32,000 nt of DNA. Origin: Candidatus Harpocratesius repetitus (GTDB lineage Archaea > Asgardarchaeota > Lokiarchaeia > Sigyniarchaeales > Promethearchaeaceae). Each line of letters begins with the position of its first letter. The stretch's first letter is position 1. The DNA is taken from NCBI GenBank assembly GCA_021498095.1, contig JAIZWK010000001.1:3750001-3782000 (forward strand), read 5' to 3'. A program made the translations under genes and the position numbers. Below are positions 1 through 9,106 of this stretch, in pieces. The notes beneath the pieces were generated by a model. That model was not told the DNA's origin, searched no databases, and was given only the letters and a program-made list of their open reading frames with translations.

Positions 1-392
1 TTTTTACCTCTCGTAAGTGCTTCTATTAACGATGATTTTCCTGTATTTGGATATCCAACAATCAATATATTTGTATTAGAACGAATCACTGTTCTTCGAA
101 AATATTTTTCCAGTTCTATAATTCCCCTATTAAATCGGGCGCTTACTGCAAAAATTTTGTAACCTTGAGTTTTAAAAAACCGTTTCCATTCTTGCATCAC
201 AGATTTTGGAATTATATCTGCTTTATTCATAATCAGATATATTTCTATTTCTGGGCGATTTTGTTTAACAAAATCTTCGATCATACGATTGTGAGTTCCA
301 AGAGGATTGCGCGCATCAAGGACTTCTAAAATAATATCTGTTTCTTGAATTACGGTATTAAAAATATCTTTCCAATGTTTTTCGGTTCTCAT
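1..392 (-). CDS. Circularly permuted GTPase, YlqF/RbgA (YawG) family; 5' part only, runs off the window start
   Basis: Not in the ORF track. Manual translation from ATG at 392: MRTEKHWKDIFNTVIQETDIILEVLDARNPLGT...IMNKADII...FAVSARFN...ILIVGYPNTGKSSLIEAL. Shows DARxP, G4 (NKxD), G5 (SA) and then G1 (GxPNxGKSS), the permuted G4-G5-G1 order. Confidence 0.92.
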   Translation of the reverse strand, partial: MRTEKHWKDIFNTVIQETDIILEVLDARNPLGTHNRMIEDFVKQNRPEIEIYLIMNKADIIPKSVMQEWKRFFKTQGYKIFAVSARFNRGIIELEKYFRRTVIRSNTNILIVGYPNTGKSSLIEALTRGK

Positions 393-483
393 TTTAAAAG
401 CATTTTTTTTAATTTTTTTTTATTTGTTTTTTAAACATGAATAGATAAGCATGTAGAGACTAAATGTAAATTGATTATTAGTG

Positions 484-1101
484 CTAATGATTAACCAATT
501 GAAATCTGGCGCGATTATGTATAGAACGATAGCGAAGTTCAAAAAATTCGAACAAATGATAACCTAATGCTAAGATGTATCCAAAAATAAAATACCAAAA
601 ATCTGGAGTTATTAAAGTGATAGATAAGATCATACTGACTCCTGCAAGAATTTCAGCGAATTGACACCAAAATGAATTAAAGTATCGCTTAACAAAAAAC
701 CATTTATGATCAACTTCTTGAGCCATTAATTCTGGAACCCTATCTAATTCATCCCTGGCTAAAAGTAAACGTGGACCAATTATATGTCCTGAGAAAAATA
801 AATTCGTTCCCCAGTCAAATAAATCTGCACCTACATGTAATATTGCTACAATTCCACAAGCAATAATCCAAAATTTAGCAAATGCAAATCCAATTAGCAA
901 TACCAATATTGAAAAATAAATTGAATGGGTAAAAAACATACGATGATTCTTTTGAGAAGACCAGATTAAGTAAACTATATCAAAATCAGAAATAACAGAA
1001 AAGAAGACAATTACCCCATATTGCCACCAAACCAGAGGAACAAACAATGATATTAATGATGTAAATATAATTCCTATAGCATAATGAAATGAAAGATGCA
1101 T
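484..1101 (-). CDS. Membrane-bound metal-dependent hydrolase (YdjM/YbcI-like, PF04307-type), ~205 aa
   Basis: Likely start is ATG 1101 (MHLSFH); the ORF-track extension to 1209 overlaps the next gene. Motifs H..H at the N-terminus, SDFD, HRMFFTHS and LHVGADLFD, with several hydrophobic segments. Confidence 0.75.
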   Translation of the reverse strand: MHLSFHYAIGIIFTSLISLFVPLVWWQYGVIVFFSVISDFDIVYLIWSSQKNHRMFFTHSIYFSILVLLIGFAFAKFWIIACGIVAILHVGADLFDWGTNLFFSGHIIGPRLLLARDELDRVPELMAQEVDHKWFFVKRYFNSFWCQFAEILAGVSMILSITLITPDFWYFIFGYILALGYHLFEFFELRYRSIHNRARFQLVNH

Positions 1102-1131
1102 TAAGGTAAAAAAGCTCATTAAGGTAAAAAA
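1099..1131 (+). repeat. 15-bp perfect direct repeat (cattaaggtaaaaaa x2, 18-bp period) in a divergent intergenic gap
   Basis: Copies at 1099-1113 and 1117-1131, separated by gct. Confidence 0.85.
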
Positions 1132-1153
1132 ACTAATTAATTTGAAACATTCA

Positions 1154-2329
1154 ATGGAATTTGAACAATTTTTAAAAGAAATCCAAGCAGATAGTAGAGA
1201 TCGTATCAAACAACTTCATCATTTCGCTAAAAAAGTTTGGCGAGATCGTAAATTCACACCAATAGATATACAAAATAAATGCATTGAAGCGTGGGATGAT
1301 TTAGCTAGCAACATGGATTGTAAAATAATCCCTTTAATAAAAATTGATGAAGATCGTCCTGTTTCTAATCTAATTTTTGGTTCAGGAAGTTTCTCAACAG
1401 GAAAATTCCAAATAGAACAATATCTGAAAATTCAAAAACTAGTCTCAAATTCCCCAATTTCTCTTCAAGGTATAGTAAGTAATAAATCAGAAGAACATAA
1501 CTGTAACGCTCAAAAAATTGCAAACGAATTTCAAATTCCTTTAGTTCTGTTAGATTTTGAAGACTGGTACCATGAATTTATTGATAAAATGGAAAAAAAT
1601 CCAATTAGGGCAACCCGATATTGGTATCCACCAAATTCAGAGCAAAAACCTTCTTTATCCGAACTATCACGCAGATTTAAGATTCGACAACAAGAATTTC
1701 ATCATTTTCTTGGGGAACAAATTGAATCAAGAATACCTTCCCCTACAGATATTGTTAGTGCTCGTGGTTATAATTTTCAATTTTGCAGCCAGATATTCCA
1801 TCATCAAAGAAATAATCTTCCACATATCAATGATACTCATCCTGCAGACCTCTCATTTCTCGATCCAGAGACACATGAAAAACTATACGCTGGCTGGCAG
1901 GCGGGAGCAGTTCAAACCATGATCGATGATAATATCCATGAAATTTATCGTGGAAGTCTTATTGAAGTTGGGTACATGGATTCTATCTCTCAAATTTCCG
2001 AATTAGATACAGGTGCTCTTTTATCATTAGGAAAAGGTGTAAAAATCCCTGCAGATCAAGATCCCCCATTTTCAGCACAACAAATCCAATCTGCAATGAA
2101 AATAGTTGATGATTATTTTTATTGCACGTTAGAACCGACGGGATTAATTTTATTCTGGGGTATTACAGACCGCCCTGTTCCTGTAATATATCAAGACTTA
2201 AATGGAAAACCGGTAATAATCAAACAGCATGCCGTAGTTGTTGGAGATAAATTTCATAGTGGAATTCATGCTTGGGGTCAAGATCTCTCAAAAGATCTGA
2301 AAGAATTAGAAGAATTTCTTAAATTTTAG
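1154..2329 (+). CDS. Divergent formyltransferase of the PurN/GART (formyl_trans_N) fold with N- and C-terminal extensions
   Basis: First ATG at 1154 (ORF track starts at TTG 1142). Motifs appear in PurN order: LIFGSGSFST (cf. LISGNGSN), IVSNK...AQKIANEFQIP (cf. FSNK...ARQAGI), DIVSARGY (cf. DVVVLAGF), INDTHPADL (cf. LNIHPSLL), LDTG (cf. LDGG). Confidence 0.65.
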   Translation: MEFEQFLKEIQADSRDRIKQLHHFAKKVWRDRKFTPIDIQNKCIEAWDDLASNMDCKIIPLIKIDEDRPVSNLIFGSGSFSTGKFQIEQYLKIQKLVSNSPISLQGIVSNKSEEHNCNAQKIANEFQIPLVLLDFEDWYHEFIDKMEKNPIRATRYWYPPNSEQKPSLSELSRRFKIRQQEFHHFLGEQIESRIPSPTDIVSARGYNFQFCSQIFHHQRNNLPHINDTHPADLSFLDPETHEKLYAGWQAGAVQTMIDDNIHEIYRGSLIEVGYMDSISQISELDTGALLSLGKGVKIPADQDPPFSAQQIQSAMKIVDDYFYCTLEPTGLILFWGITDRPVPVIYQDLNGKPVIIKQHAVVVGDKFHSGIHAWGQDLSKDLKELEEFLKF

Positions 2330-2374
2330 AATTTATCCTACTTTTATTACTAAAATTTTAACATTTATGAATAA

Positions 2375-3220
2375 TCAAGAGTGTAGTTTAAGAACAGATA
2401 TTTGTGAAGATTCTTTTTTTTCTTTTTCTCTTTCTTTTCTAATTAAGTTAGGAAAATCTAAATTCACTGTTTTTATCATAATTCCTGCATGAGAACCAAG
2501 TTCACTTAAATGGAGTTGGGCAGGACTTGTTTTTCCTTTGATGAATGAAATGATTTTACTGCCACCTTTAAACTTACGCCCATATGCAGAATACACAGAG
2601 TTACATGACACAATAGGAATTCGATGTTCAAGAGCTCTGGCTTGAAGATAAATTTTCCAATTTTCCATACCATCATTCCTAATTAGAGTCGGTGAGAATA
2701 TTATTTCTGAACCATGGGCAATAGCCTCTGAAATCAATGTCGAAGATATATGCAAATCAAAACAAATTAAAATACTGAATGTAAAACCAAGCTTTGAATC
2801 ATGAAAACAAACTAATCGAGATCCCGGATTTAATATTTTCTTTTCGATTCCATAAAGATGAATTTTCCGCTGATAGAATTGTTCATTTCCATTTTCATCA
2901 AAATAATAGCATACAACAACAGGTTTGTTAAAATCAGAGGATTTTTCCCAAATCCCACCTGAAATAATTGAAATATGATATTTTTTAGCCCAAAATTTCA
3001 CCAAATTATATTGCAAACCTCGTTCTTCTTGAAAAAGAGAAAAACACTCTTTACTTGATATCATAGATAAATCTAAATGATACCACCGTTCTGGAAGACA
3101 TAAAATATCAGGTTTCTTTTGAACTGCTTGTTTAATTAAGATTTCGATTTGTTCAAAATTCTCCTGATTATTATGGGTAAGTTCTGGTTGAACTAGAGCA
3201 ATCTTTACTTTTTTTGCCAT
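2375..3220 (-). CDS. Carbon-nitrogen hydrolase (nitrilase superfamily)
   Basis: KIALVQ at the N-terminus, with Glu-Lys-Cys triad motifs ILCLPE, QRKIHLY and ILICFDL, and QARALEH...SCN. Confidence 0.93.
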   Translation of the reverse strand: MAKKVKIALVQPELTHNNQENFEQIEILIKQAVQKKPDILCLPERWYHLDLSMISSKECFSLFQEERGLQYNLVKFWAKKYHISIISGGIWEKSSDFNKPVVVCYYFDENGNEQFYQRKIHLYGIEKKILNPGSRLVCFHDSKLGFTFSILICFDLHISSTLISEAIAHGSEIIFSPTLIRNDGMENWKIYLQARALEHRIPIVSCNSVYSAYGRKFKGGSKIISFIKGKTSPAQLHLSELGSHAGIMIKTVNLDFPNLIRKEREKEKKESSQISVLKLHS

Positions 3221-3226
3221 TCATTT

Positions 3227-3859
3227 TCACGGTTTAAACCATTTAAACGAATAATATGTTTTCGTTGTAGGATTTGCTAAAATAAAGCGTTTTTTAACAC
3301 TTGTCGCTAATCTAGCACTTCGAACAACATCTATTGATGATATTTTTGCATAAGGGGATAAAACTTGAATACAGAATGAAGAATGATCAATTCCAGGTCC
3401 TTTTCGATAAACAATAAAATCTGCACCAAATTTTTGCCCAGGCCGTGGAATATATTTTTTCTCACGTAAATCCTCATAAATTATATATCTTTCTTCAAAA
3501 AACGGATAATTTTTAATACAAAAATTATAGAATTCCGAAGAATTCCATGTTTTTATGGTGTTGTTTTGAAAAGAATGAATAAGAATGATATTTTTCTTTA
3601 AAAGGTAATATGATTCTAGTGCCGAAAGTTCTAAGGGTCGTTGAAAGGGTTCTGTTTTTGGTTTTCGAATACCCACAGGTATACCAAAATATCGTCCAAA
3701 TCCATATAAGAGATAGCCATGAATGTGATTAAAAATCAAGATTTTTTTCCCAATCAATTTTGCTTCAATAGGCTCATCTGGTAGTTGCCCTTCTTGGAGT
3801 GTTTTTTCAACTAAGGGATCAATATTTTCATCCAATTCGGGATAGGATAATGGACTCAT
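3227..3859 (-). CDS. endA: tRNA-intron (splicing) endonuclease, catalytic subunit
   Basis: PLELSALESYYL, IYEDLREK, and PGQKFGADFIVYRKGPGIDHS (catalytic Tyr/His), followed by RLATSVKK (catalytic Lys). Confidence 0.95.
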   Translation of the reverse strand: MSPLSYPELDENIDPLVEKTLQEGQLPDEPIEAKLIGKKILIFNHIHGYLLYGFGRYFGIPVGIRKPKTEPFQRPLELSALESYYLLKKNIILIHSFQNNTIKTWNSSEFYNFCIKNYPFFEERYIIYEDLREKKYIPRPGQKFGADFIVYRKGPGIDHSSFCIQVLSPYAKISSIDVVRSARLATSVKKRFILANPTTKTYYSFKWFKP

Positions 3860-3909
3860 TATGTAGTAAAAGGATTTCTTTTGCCATAAAGTTAATCATT
3901 TTAAGAGCT

Positions 3910-4027
3910 TTTATCAACATTTGATAGATTAATAAAAAAATAAAAATCCTGCATAATTTACGCATTTATCAATATTCCATCCTAATTTGAAATTTGTCGA
4001 TCAGAAATTTAGAACTTTTTTTATCAA
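3910..4027 (+). repeat. Three TTTATCAA octamers at exact 55-bp period upstream of endA
   Basis: Copies start at 3910, 3965 and 4020. The first forms the palindrome tatcaa-cat-ttgata (3912-3926). Function unknown. Confidence 0.45.
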
Positions 4028-4256
4028 GTTCAACTATAATTTGATTAAAAATAGTCAAAAATCGACCCATAATTATATTTTCTAAAGTTCATTTTTGCCG
4101 ACTGAAATAATTCTTGGATAGAATTGATTATTGTCGGAAAACTAAAGATGAAAATGGTAATTCAGTCAAAAATAAAGATGCTACTAGAACCTCTTAAGAA
4201 ATCGAGAAGTAAATTTAGAAATATAACTATTTTTTTATAAAAATTTAAAAAGAATT

Positions 4257-4616
4257 TTAAAAATTTAACTTAAAACCACAATTAAAACATGTTTTAGCAC
4301 CAGTTGGGCTTTCAAAGCCACATCTTGGACATCTAACAACTAAACTAGGCCGATATTCTACATTAAACCTAATTTGCTTCTCAATTTTTAAATCCAAAGC
4401 ATGTTTCTTTTTTTGAGCTCGAGCGATATGTATTCTTTCTAATCGTCTTGAAACTATTTGAGGATTAAATAAGAAGGGAAGAATAAATAAAAGCAAGGCT
4501 TCTATTAGGATAGCCCACTTGGTGAAACTGGTTTCATTACCTGTTGTAATTTTCTTTATATCATTTCCGATTAATGTCAATAAAAAAATAGAAACAACGA
4601 GAGAAAGAACCGGCAT
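4257..4616 (-). CDS. Small membrane protein with C-terminal zinc ribbon
   Basis: Two hydrophobic segments followed by CPRCG...CFNCG at the C-terminus. Confidence 0.8.
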   Translation of the reverse strand: MPVLSLVVSIFLLTLIGNDIKKITTGNETSFTKWAILIEALLLFILPFLFNPQIVSRRLERIHIARAQKKKHALDLKIEKQIRFNVEYRPSLVVRCPRCGFESPTGAKTCFNCGFKLNF

Positions 4617-4874
4617 TACAACTCGTGAAAATATTCCTTTTGTTTTTTTTTCTGGTTTTGTTTGATCGATTCTAATCCGCTCCTAGAATTAAAATTTATT
4701 ACTCGTGAATAAAAATTTTTTTATCTTTGATTTTTTGGACTAGATGATTAGATAATTTTCAAAAAAAGACGATGACACCTCAGATTGCTCTCAATTATCA
4801 TCTACTTATCAGAAAGTATATATTTTTTTCCAATATGTATCAAGCAAATGCCTTATCATCATTGGTGTAAAGAT

Positions 4875-4882
4875 AAAAAAAA
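4875..4882 (-). terminator. Putative oligo-T terminator after atpI
   Basis: A8 on the + strand (T8 on the - strand), 27 nt past the atpI stop. Archaeal intrinsic terminators are oligo-T tracts, but such runs are frequent in this AT-rich DNA. Confidence 0.4.
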
Positions 4883-4909
4883 GTAAAATATTAAATCGTT
4901 ATTTTCACA

Positions 4910-7012
4910 TTATTGAAATTCAATTAAACTATATTTTGTTTCAATATCAAGATATTCAAAGGGAATCCCATCTGCTTGATAAAACTTCCCAAAGAATTCA
5001 TAGAAAGTTAAACGAAGAGCATGCACTGCAGCTAAAACAGATTCTAAAACAATAACAAAAAGATTCCCAAAAATAAGAATAATAATTATTCCAATTTCAG
5101 ATTCAAAAAATGCCACCATCGATGTAATAACGAGCATCAAACCAATATGAGCCATTGCTAATGCAAGTAATCGAGTATAACTTGCTACATTAGAAAGCAT
5201 ACTTAAATATGTTTCAGATACGTCAACTGCTTGTTCTCCGATTAAGCTACCGACTGATTCTCCTTTTAAATATGATATCCCTATTAATTTTCCTATAGGT
5301 TTTCCAATAAGAATTGGAATTGTTGGAAGAAGTACTGTAAGAATTGGATAAGGTATAGCAGAATCTGGAGAGAACCAAGCTTTAAGATCAAAGTTATAAG
5401 TAAAAATAACATATGTTCCACCAAATAACATAGCCATTTTCCAAATTGGTTCTACAAACGCCAAATATACCTTATGATTTTGAATATCATTTAGAAATTG
5501 AATTGAAAAACCCAAACTAAGATGGATTACCCCAATTATCAAAGAAACTTTTAAAACTGTAGTAACATCTTCCATTGGGCTTGCAAATACAGGATTTATT
5601 AAATCACCATTTCCAAATATCTCACCATACAAAAATCCTGCACCCATTGCAGCGATTCCAAGCCACATTAATAAAAATCCACCATCGTACATATTACTTG
5701 ATTTCTTTTTTCGATTTAAGAAAATAATTAACAATCCAAGAGCAAATAAAATAAAACCATGTCCAACATCTCCAAACATTAAACCGAATAGTAAGGGATA
5801 TGTCAAAGCAACGATTGGAGTAGGATCAATTTCAGAATAATTAGTAACTCCATATAACTGAGTCAATAAGCGAAATGGTTTGAATATTTTAGGTGTTTTT
5901 ACTAATGAAGGTACATTTTCAATATTTTCTTCATCTTCAAATCGTGAAATTTCATATTCTTCATCAGAAGTCCCAACTTCTTTTACTCCACCTTGAAGAT
6001 CGTTTTGATTTCTTTTTACAGGTTGAACAAAAATGCGTATTTCAGAATGAAATCGTTTATCAAATTCAGATAAAATTTCATCTTGCTTTTTTGTTGGAAT
6101 AAAACCATTTAATCGAACGATATCCCCTCTATATGTTTCTCTAAATTGTTCTTCTATAAAATTATACTTCCGACAATTTTTCATAATTTCGAGATAACCT
6201 CTAAATTTTACTGCACTTTTTTTATAGATTTCAATTGCTTCAAGACTTTCTAAATATCTTTTTTCAGCTTCGTTAATTTTTTCTTGAAGAAGATGAGAAT
6301 CAAAACCTTCTTCATTTAAATAATCAAGAAAATCTTCAATCTTAGTTGCAGCTTGACAAATAGAGGTAATTTCTTCATCATGACTTTTATGATAAATCAG
6401 AAAAAATGCAGTAGTTTCAGTGTTAATATCATTAAATTCTAAAATTACAGGAATTTCTTCATGCTCTAAAGCCAGTTCAAGCTCAGTAAAATCGTTATGT
6501 CCCATGAAGCATAATTTAAATCTTAATTGATCAAACCATTCAAAACAGATTTTATTTGCTTTATATTCAGTAGTAAGCCAAATAAATATCTCTTTTTGAA
6601 GATTTAAATTGGTTTTTTCCCTAAAAAATTTCTCTCGATTATTAATATATCCCTTTACCATTCTTATATCATGAGAGACTTCTTCATAAAGTTTATCAAC
6701 GACATCTTTAACTTGAGAAGCGGTATAAATAAGACGTTGATCTTCTGGAGGGATTTCAATATCATCTGGATCGATATTCAATTTTTGAAAATAATAAATT
6801 AATTTTTCTTCAATTTCTGCTAATTTTTGTTCCATTTCTTCAATGTCTTTATTTAACTGCCTTTCTCTACGTAAATGATGGTGAGTTTTTTTCTCTGTTT
6901 GTTTAAATTCTTGGATATGAATTTGATATTTAGGTACCAAATTAAGTAAAGCAGGAACTTTACTCTTATGAATAGCAATTTTTAGGAAACTCATTTTCTC
7001 TGGAGTTAACAT
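4910..7012 (-). CDS. atpI: V/A-type ATPase subunit I (a)
   Basis: 700 aa. EIDPTP...YPLLFGLMFGDVGHG, essential Arg in SNVASYTRLLAL, and HALRLTFYEFFGKFY. SD GGTGA lies 7 nt before the ATG. Confidence 0.96.
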   Translation of the reverse strand: MLTPEKMSFLKIAIHKSKVPALLNLVPKYQIHIQEFKQTEKKTHHHLRRERQLNKDIEEMEQKLAEIEEKLIYYFQKLNIDPDDIEIPPEDQRLIYTASQVKDVVDKLYEEVSHDIRMVKGYINNREKFFREKTNLNLQKEIFIWLTTEYKANKICFEWFDQLRFKLCFMGHNDFTELELALEHEEIPVILEFNDINTETTAFFLIYHKSHDEEITSICQAATKIEDFLDYLNEEGFDSHLLQEKINEAEKRYLESLEAIEIYKKSAVKFRGYLEIMKNCRKYNFIEEQFRETYRGDIVRLNGFIPTKKQDEILSEFDKRFHSEIRIFVQPVKRNQNDLQGGVKEVGTSDEEYEISRFEDEENIENVPSLVKTPKIFKPFRLLTQLYGVTNYSEIDPTPIVALTYPLLFGLMFGDVGHGFILFALGLLIIFLNRKKKSSNMYDGGFLLMWLGIAAMGAGFLYGEIFGNGDLINPVFASPMEDVTTVLKVSLIIGVIHLSLGFSIQFLNDIQNHKVYLAFVEPIWKMAMLFGGTYVIFTYNFDLKAWFSPDSAIPYPILTVLLPTIPILIGKPIGKLIGISYLKGESVGSLIGEQAVDVSETYLSMLSNVASYTRLLALAMAHIGLMLVITSMVAFFESEIGIIIILIFGNLFVIVLESVLAAVHALRLTFYEFFGKFYQADGIPFEYLDIETKYSLIEFQ

Positions 7013-7033
7013 GTTATTTTCACCATTTTTTAA

Positions 7034-7672
7034 TTATGATTCTTCAATTTCTAAAAATTCTTTTATTTTCTTTAAACGGATGAATTCTTCTCGTTCACCG
7101 TCTGAGAGTATGTCTTCAATGACACGTATATCATTATTTAATTTAGGAATTACCAAATCTTCCAAAGCATCGATTCTTCTATTGATTTTTTTATAATTCT
7201 CAGAAATACGATACATACGTTTATCTAATTCTCCTAATTTTACCAAAATTTTTAAAGATTCATGAAGGTTTTTGATTAAAATATCAATATGAAGAGCCGT
7301 GTCATAAAATGAATAAGAAGGAAGATATTCATGGGTTTCTTTCAATTTAATTTCAGGTAAATCAATACCTCCCCGATGTATATAAGTAAGTTCTATTTTT
7401 GGATCTAATTTTGAAAGATTGTATAAAGAGATCCGCTCTACTTTTTCTTTTCCAATAAATTGATAGGTTTCTTTTAATAATTCCATGTTAGCTAATAGAG
7501 TTTCTCTCATTTGATTTCTAACTCTAAAAAAAGATGATGAAGTATTTTGTAATAAATTATGTAGTTGTTCTCTCTTTATTTCGAGAAGAGACTCCCCTCT
7601 TTGAGAAAAATTGCGCTTTTTCTTTAATCGAGTCAATTCTGGTTTTGTTGGTTTAACTTTTTGAAATGACAT
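7034..7672 (-). CDS. atpD: V/A-type ATPase subunit D
   Basis: VKPTKPELTRLK...RGESLLEIKREQL, and KINRRIDALEDLVIP...EREEFIRLKKIK. Confidence 0.96.
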   Translation of the reverse strand: MSFQKVKPTKPELTRLKKKRNFSQRGESLLEIKREQLHNLLQNTSSSFFRVRNQMRETLLANMELLKETYQFIGKEKVERISLYNLSKLDPKIELTYIHRGGIDLPEIKLKETHEYLPSYSFYDTALHIDILIKNLHESLKILVKLGELDKRMYRISENYKKINRRIDALEDLVIPKLNNDIRVIEDILSDGEREEFIRLKKIKEFLEIEES

Positions 7673-7705
7673 GTATTTTTCCTTCTTTGAATAAATTCTT
7701 TAGAC

Positions 7706-9106
7706 TTAATAGATTGAATTAATATCCACATTTTCTACATAATATTTTTCAATAAACTCTCTTTTCACTCGAATTAATTCTGAACGATCCATGATTGAAA
7801 GCAATTTCCAAGCGAGATTAAACGTTTTCTCAAACGGACGCTCAGAATCACCTTGATTGATAAAATTTTGTTCGAATAAATTCGCAAACGTCAGATATTG
7901 CTTATCAATTTCTGAAAGACTTTCAGTTCCTATAATAGATTCCAATTCGCGTATTTCCAAAGCTTTAGAATAACATGCATATAATTGTGAACTTAAATCA
8001 GCATGATCTTCTCTGGTATTTTCTTTACCAATTGCATCTTTCATTAATCGAGAAAGAGACGATAAAGGATAAATGGGAGGAAATAACCCTTGCTGGTGAT
8101 AATCCCGACTCAACACAATTTGTCCCTCAGTTATATATCCTGTTAAATCGGGGATCGGATGAGTAATATCATCATTTGGCATAGAGATAACAGGTATTTG
8201 TGTTATTGAACCCTTTTTTCCTTTAATTCTTCCTGCTCGTTCATAAATACTTGCAAAATCGGAATACATATAACCAGGAAATCCTTTTCTAGCAGGAATT
8301 TCCCCTTTTACATTTGATATTTCGCGTAAAGCTTCAGCATAATTTGTTATATCTGATAATACAACCAATACATGCATATCATGTTGAAAAGCAAGAAATT
8401 CTGCTGTTGTTAATGCTACTTTTGGAATCAATAGACGTTCAATTGTGGGATCACTAGCAAGATTGATAAATGAGATAACTTTTGTAGAACCACGTTCTTC
8501 AAATTTCTGTTGAAAGTATAAGGCTTGTTCTGCTAATAATCCAATTCCACAAAAAATAGTTACAAATGGTTCATTAGTTCTGACTTTAGCATTATTGACT
8601 ATTTGGGCAACTAAACGATTATGTGGAAGCCCTTGCCCGCTGAAAATTGGAAGTTTTTGACCCCTTACTAATGTATTTAAGGTATCGAATGATGAAATTC
8701 CGGTTTGAATAACATCACGAGGATAATCACGAGTTACTGGATTCATAGGTTCTCCATTAATATCAAGTAAAACTTCGGGTAAAATTGGTTCACCGCCATC
8801 AATTGGTTCGCCAATTCCGTTAAATCTCCGACCCATCATTTCTCTAGAGACACCTACTTTAAAAACTTCATCCAAAAAAGTAACTTGAGTGGTTCCTAAT
8901 GTTAATCCAAAACTGCCTTCAACCACTTGAATTACTACGACATCTTTACTTACTGTTAATACTTGTCCTGTTCTAATTTCTCCATCTTTTGTTTTTATTT
9001 TGACAACGCTACCATTTTTTATATTGTGGTTAGGAAGAGGTTTCATATAGACAAGTGGGTCCATAATTGAAGATATATTTGCATAACTGATCGACATTTT
9101 ACTCAA
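7706..9106 (-). CDS. atpB: V/A-type ATPase subunit B
   Basis: TLVRGQKLPIFSGQGLPHN, DITNYAEALREIS, GFPGYMYSDFASIYERAG, DDITHPIPDLTGYITEGQI, SLSRLM. Confidence 0.98.
   Translation of the reverse strand: MSKMSISYANISSIMDPLVYMKPLPNHNIKNGSVVKIKTKDGEIRTGQVLTVSKDVVVIQVVEGSFGLTLGTTQVTFLDEVFKVGVSREMMGRRFNGIGEPIDGGEPILPEVLLDINGEPMNPVTRDYPRDVIQTGISSFDTLNTLVRGQKLPIFSGQGLPHNRLVAQIVNNAKVRTNEPFVTIFCGIGLLAEQALYFQQKFEERGSTKVISFINLASDPTIERLLIPKVALTTAEFLAFQHDMHVLVVLSDITNYAEALREISNVKGEIPARKGFPGYMYSDFASIYERAGRIKGKKGSITQIPVISMPNDDITHPIPDLTGYITEGQIVLSRDYHQQGLFPPIYPLSSLSRLMKDAIGKENTREDHADLSSQLYACYSKALEIRELESIIGTESLSEIDKQYLTFANLFEQNFINQGDSERPFEKTFNLAWKLLSIMDRSELIRVKREFIEKYYVENVDINSIY

Noticed and set aside
1102-1209. 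N-terminal 36 aa of the 241-aa track ORF
   Set aside because: Overlaps the divergent formyltransferase gene head-to-head, and family motifs begin at Met 1101.
1557-1922. 121-aa ORF in an alternative + frame
   Set aside because: Fully nested in the formyltransferase-like CDS with no recognisable motifs.
3910-4027. Reading the 55-bp-period octamers as a degenerate CRISPR array, DnaA boxes or ORB origin
   Set aside because: Only 8 bp are conserved, there are no cas or cdc6/orc1 genes nearby, no G-string ORB motif is present, and DnaA is not the archaeal initiator.
4149-4241. 30-codon ATG ORF in the endA/Zn-ribbon gap
   Set aside because: Too short, no SD, and no coding signature. I also saw no tRNA- or sRNA-like structure in this gap.
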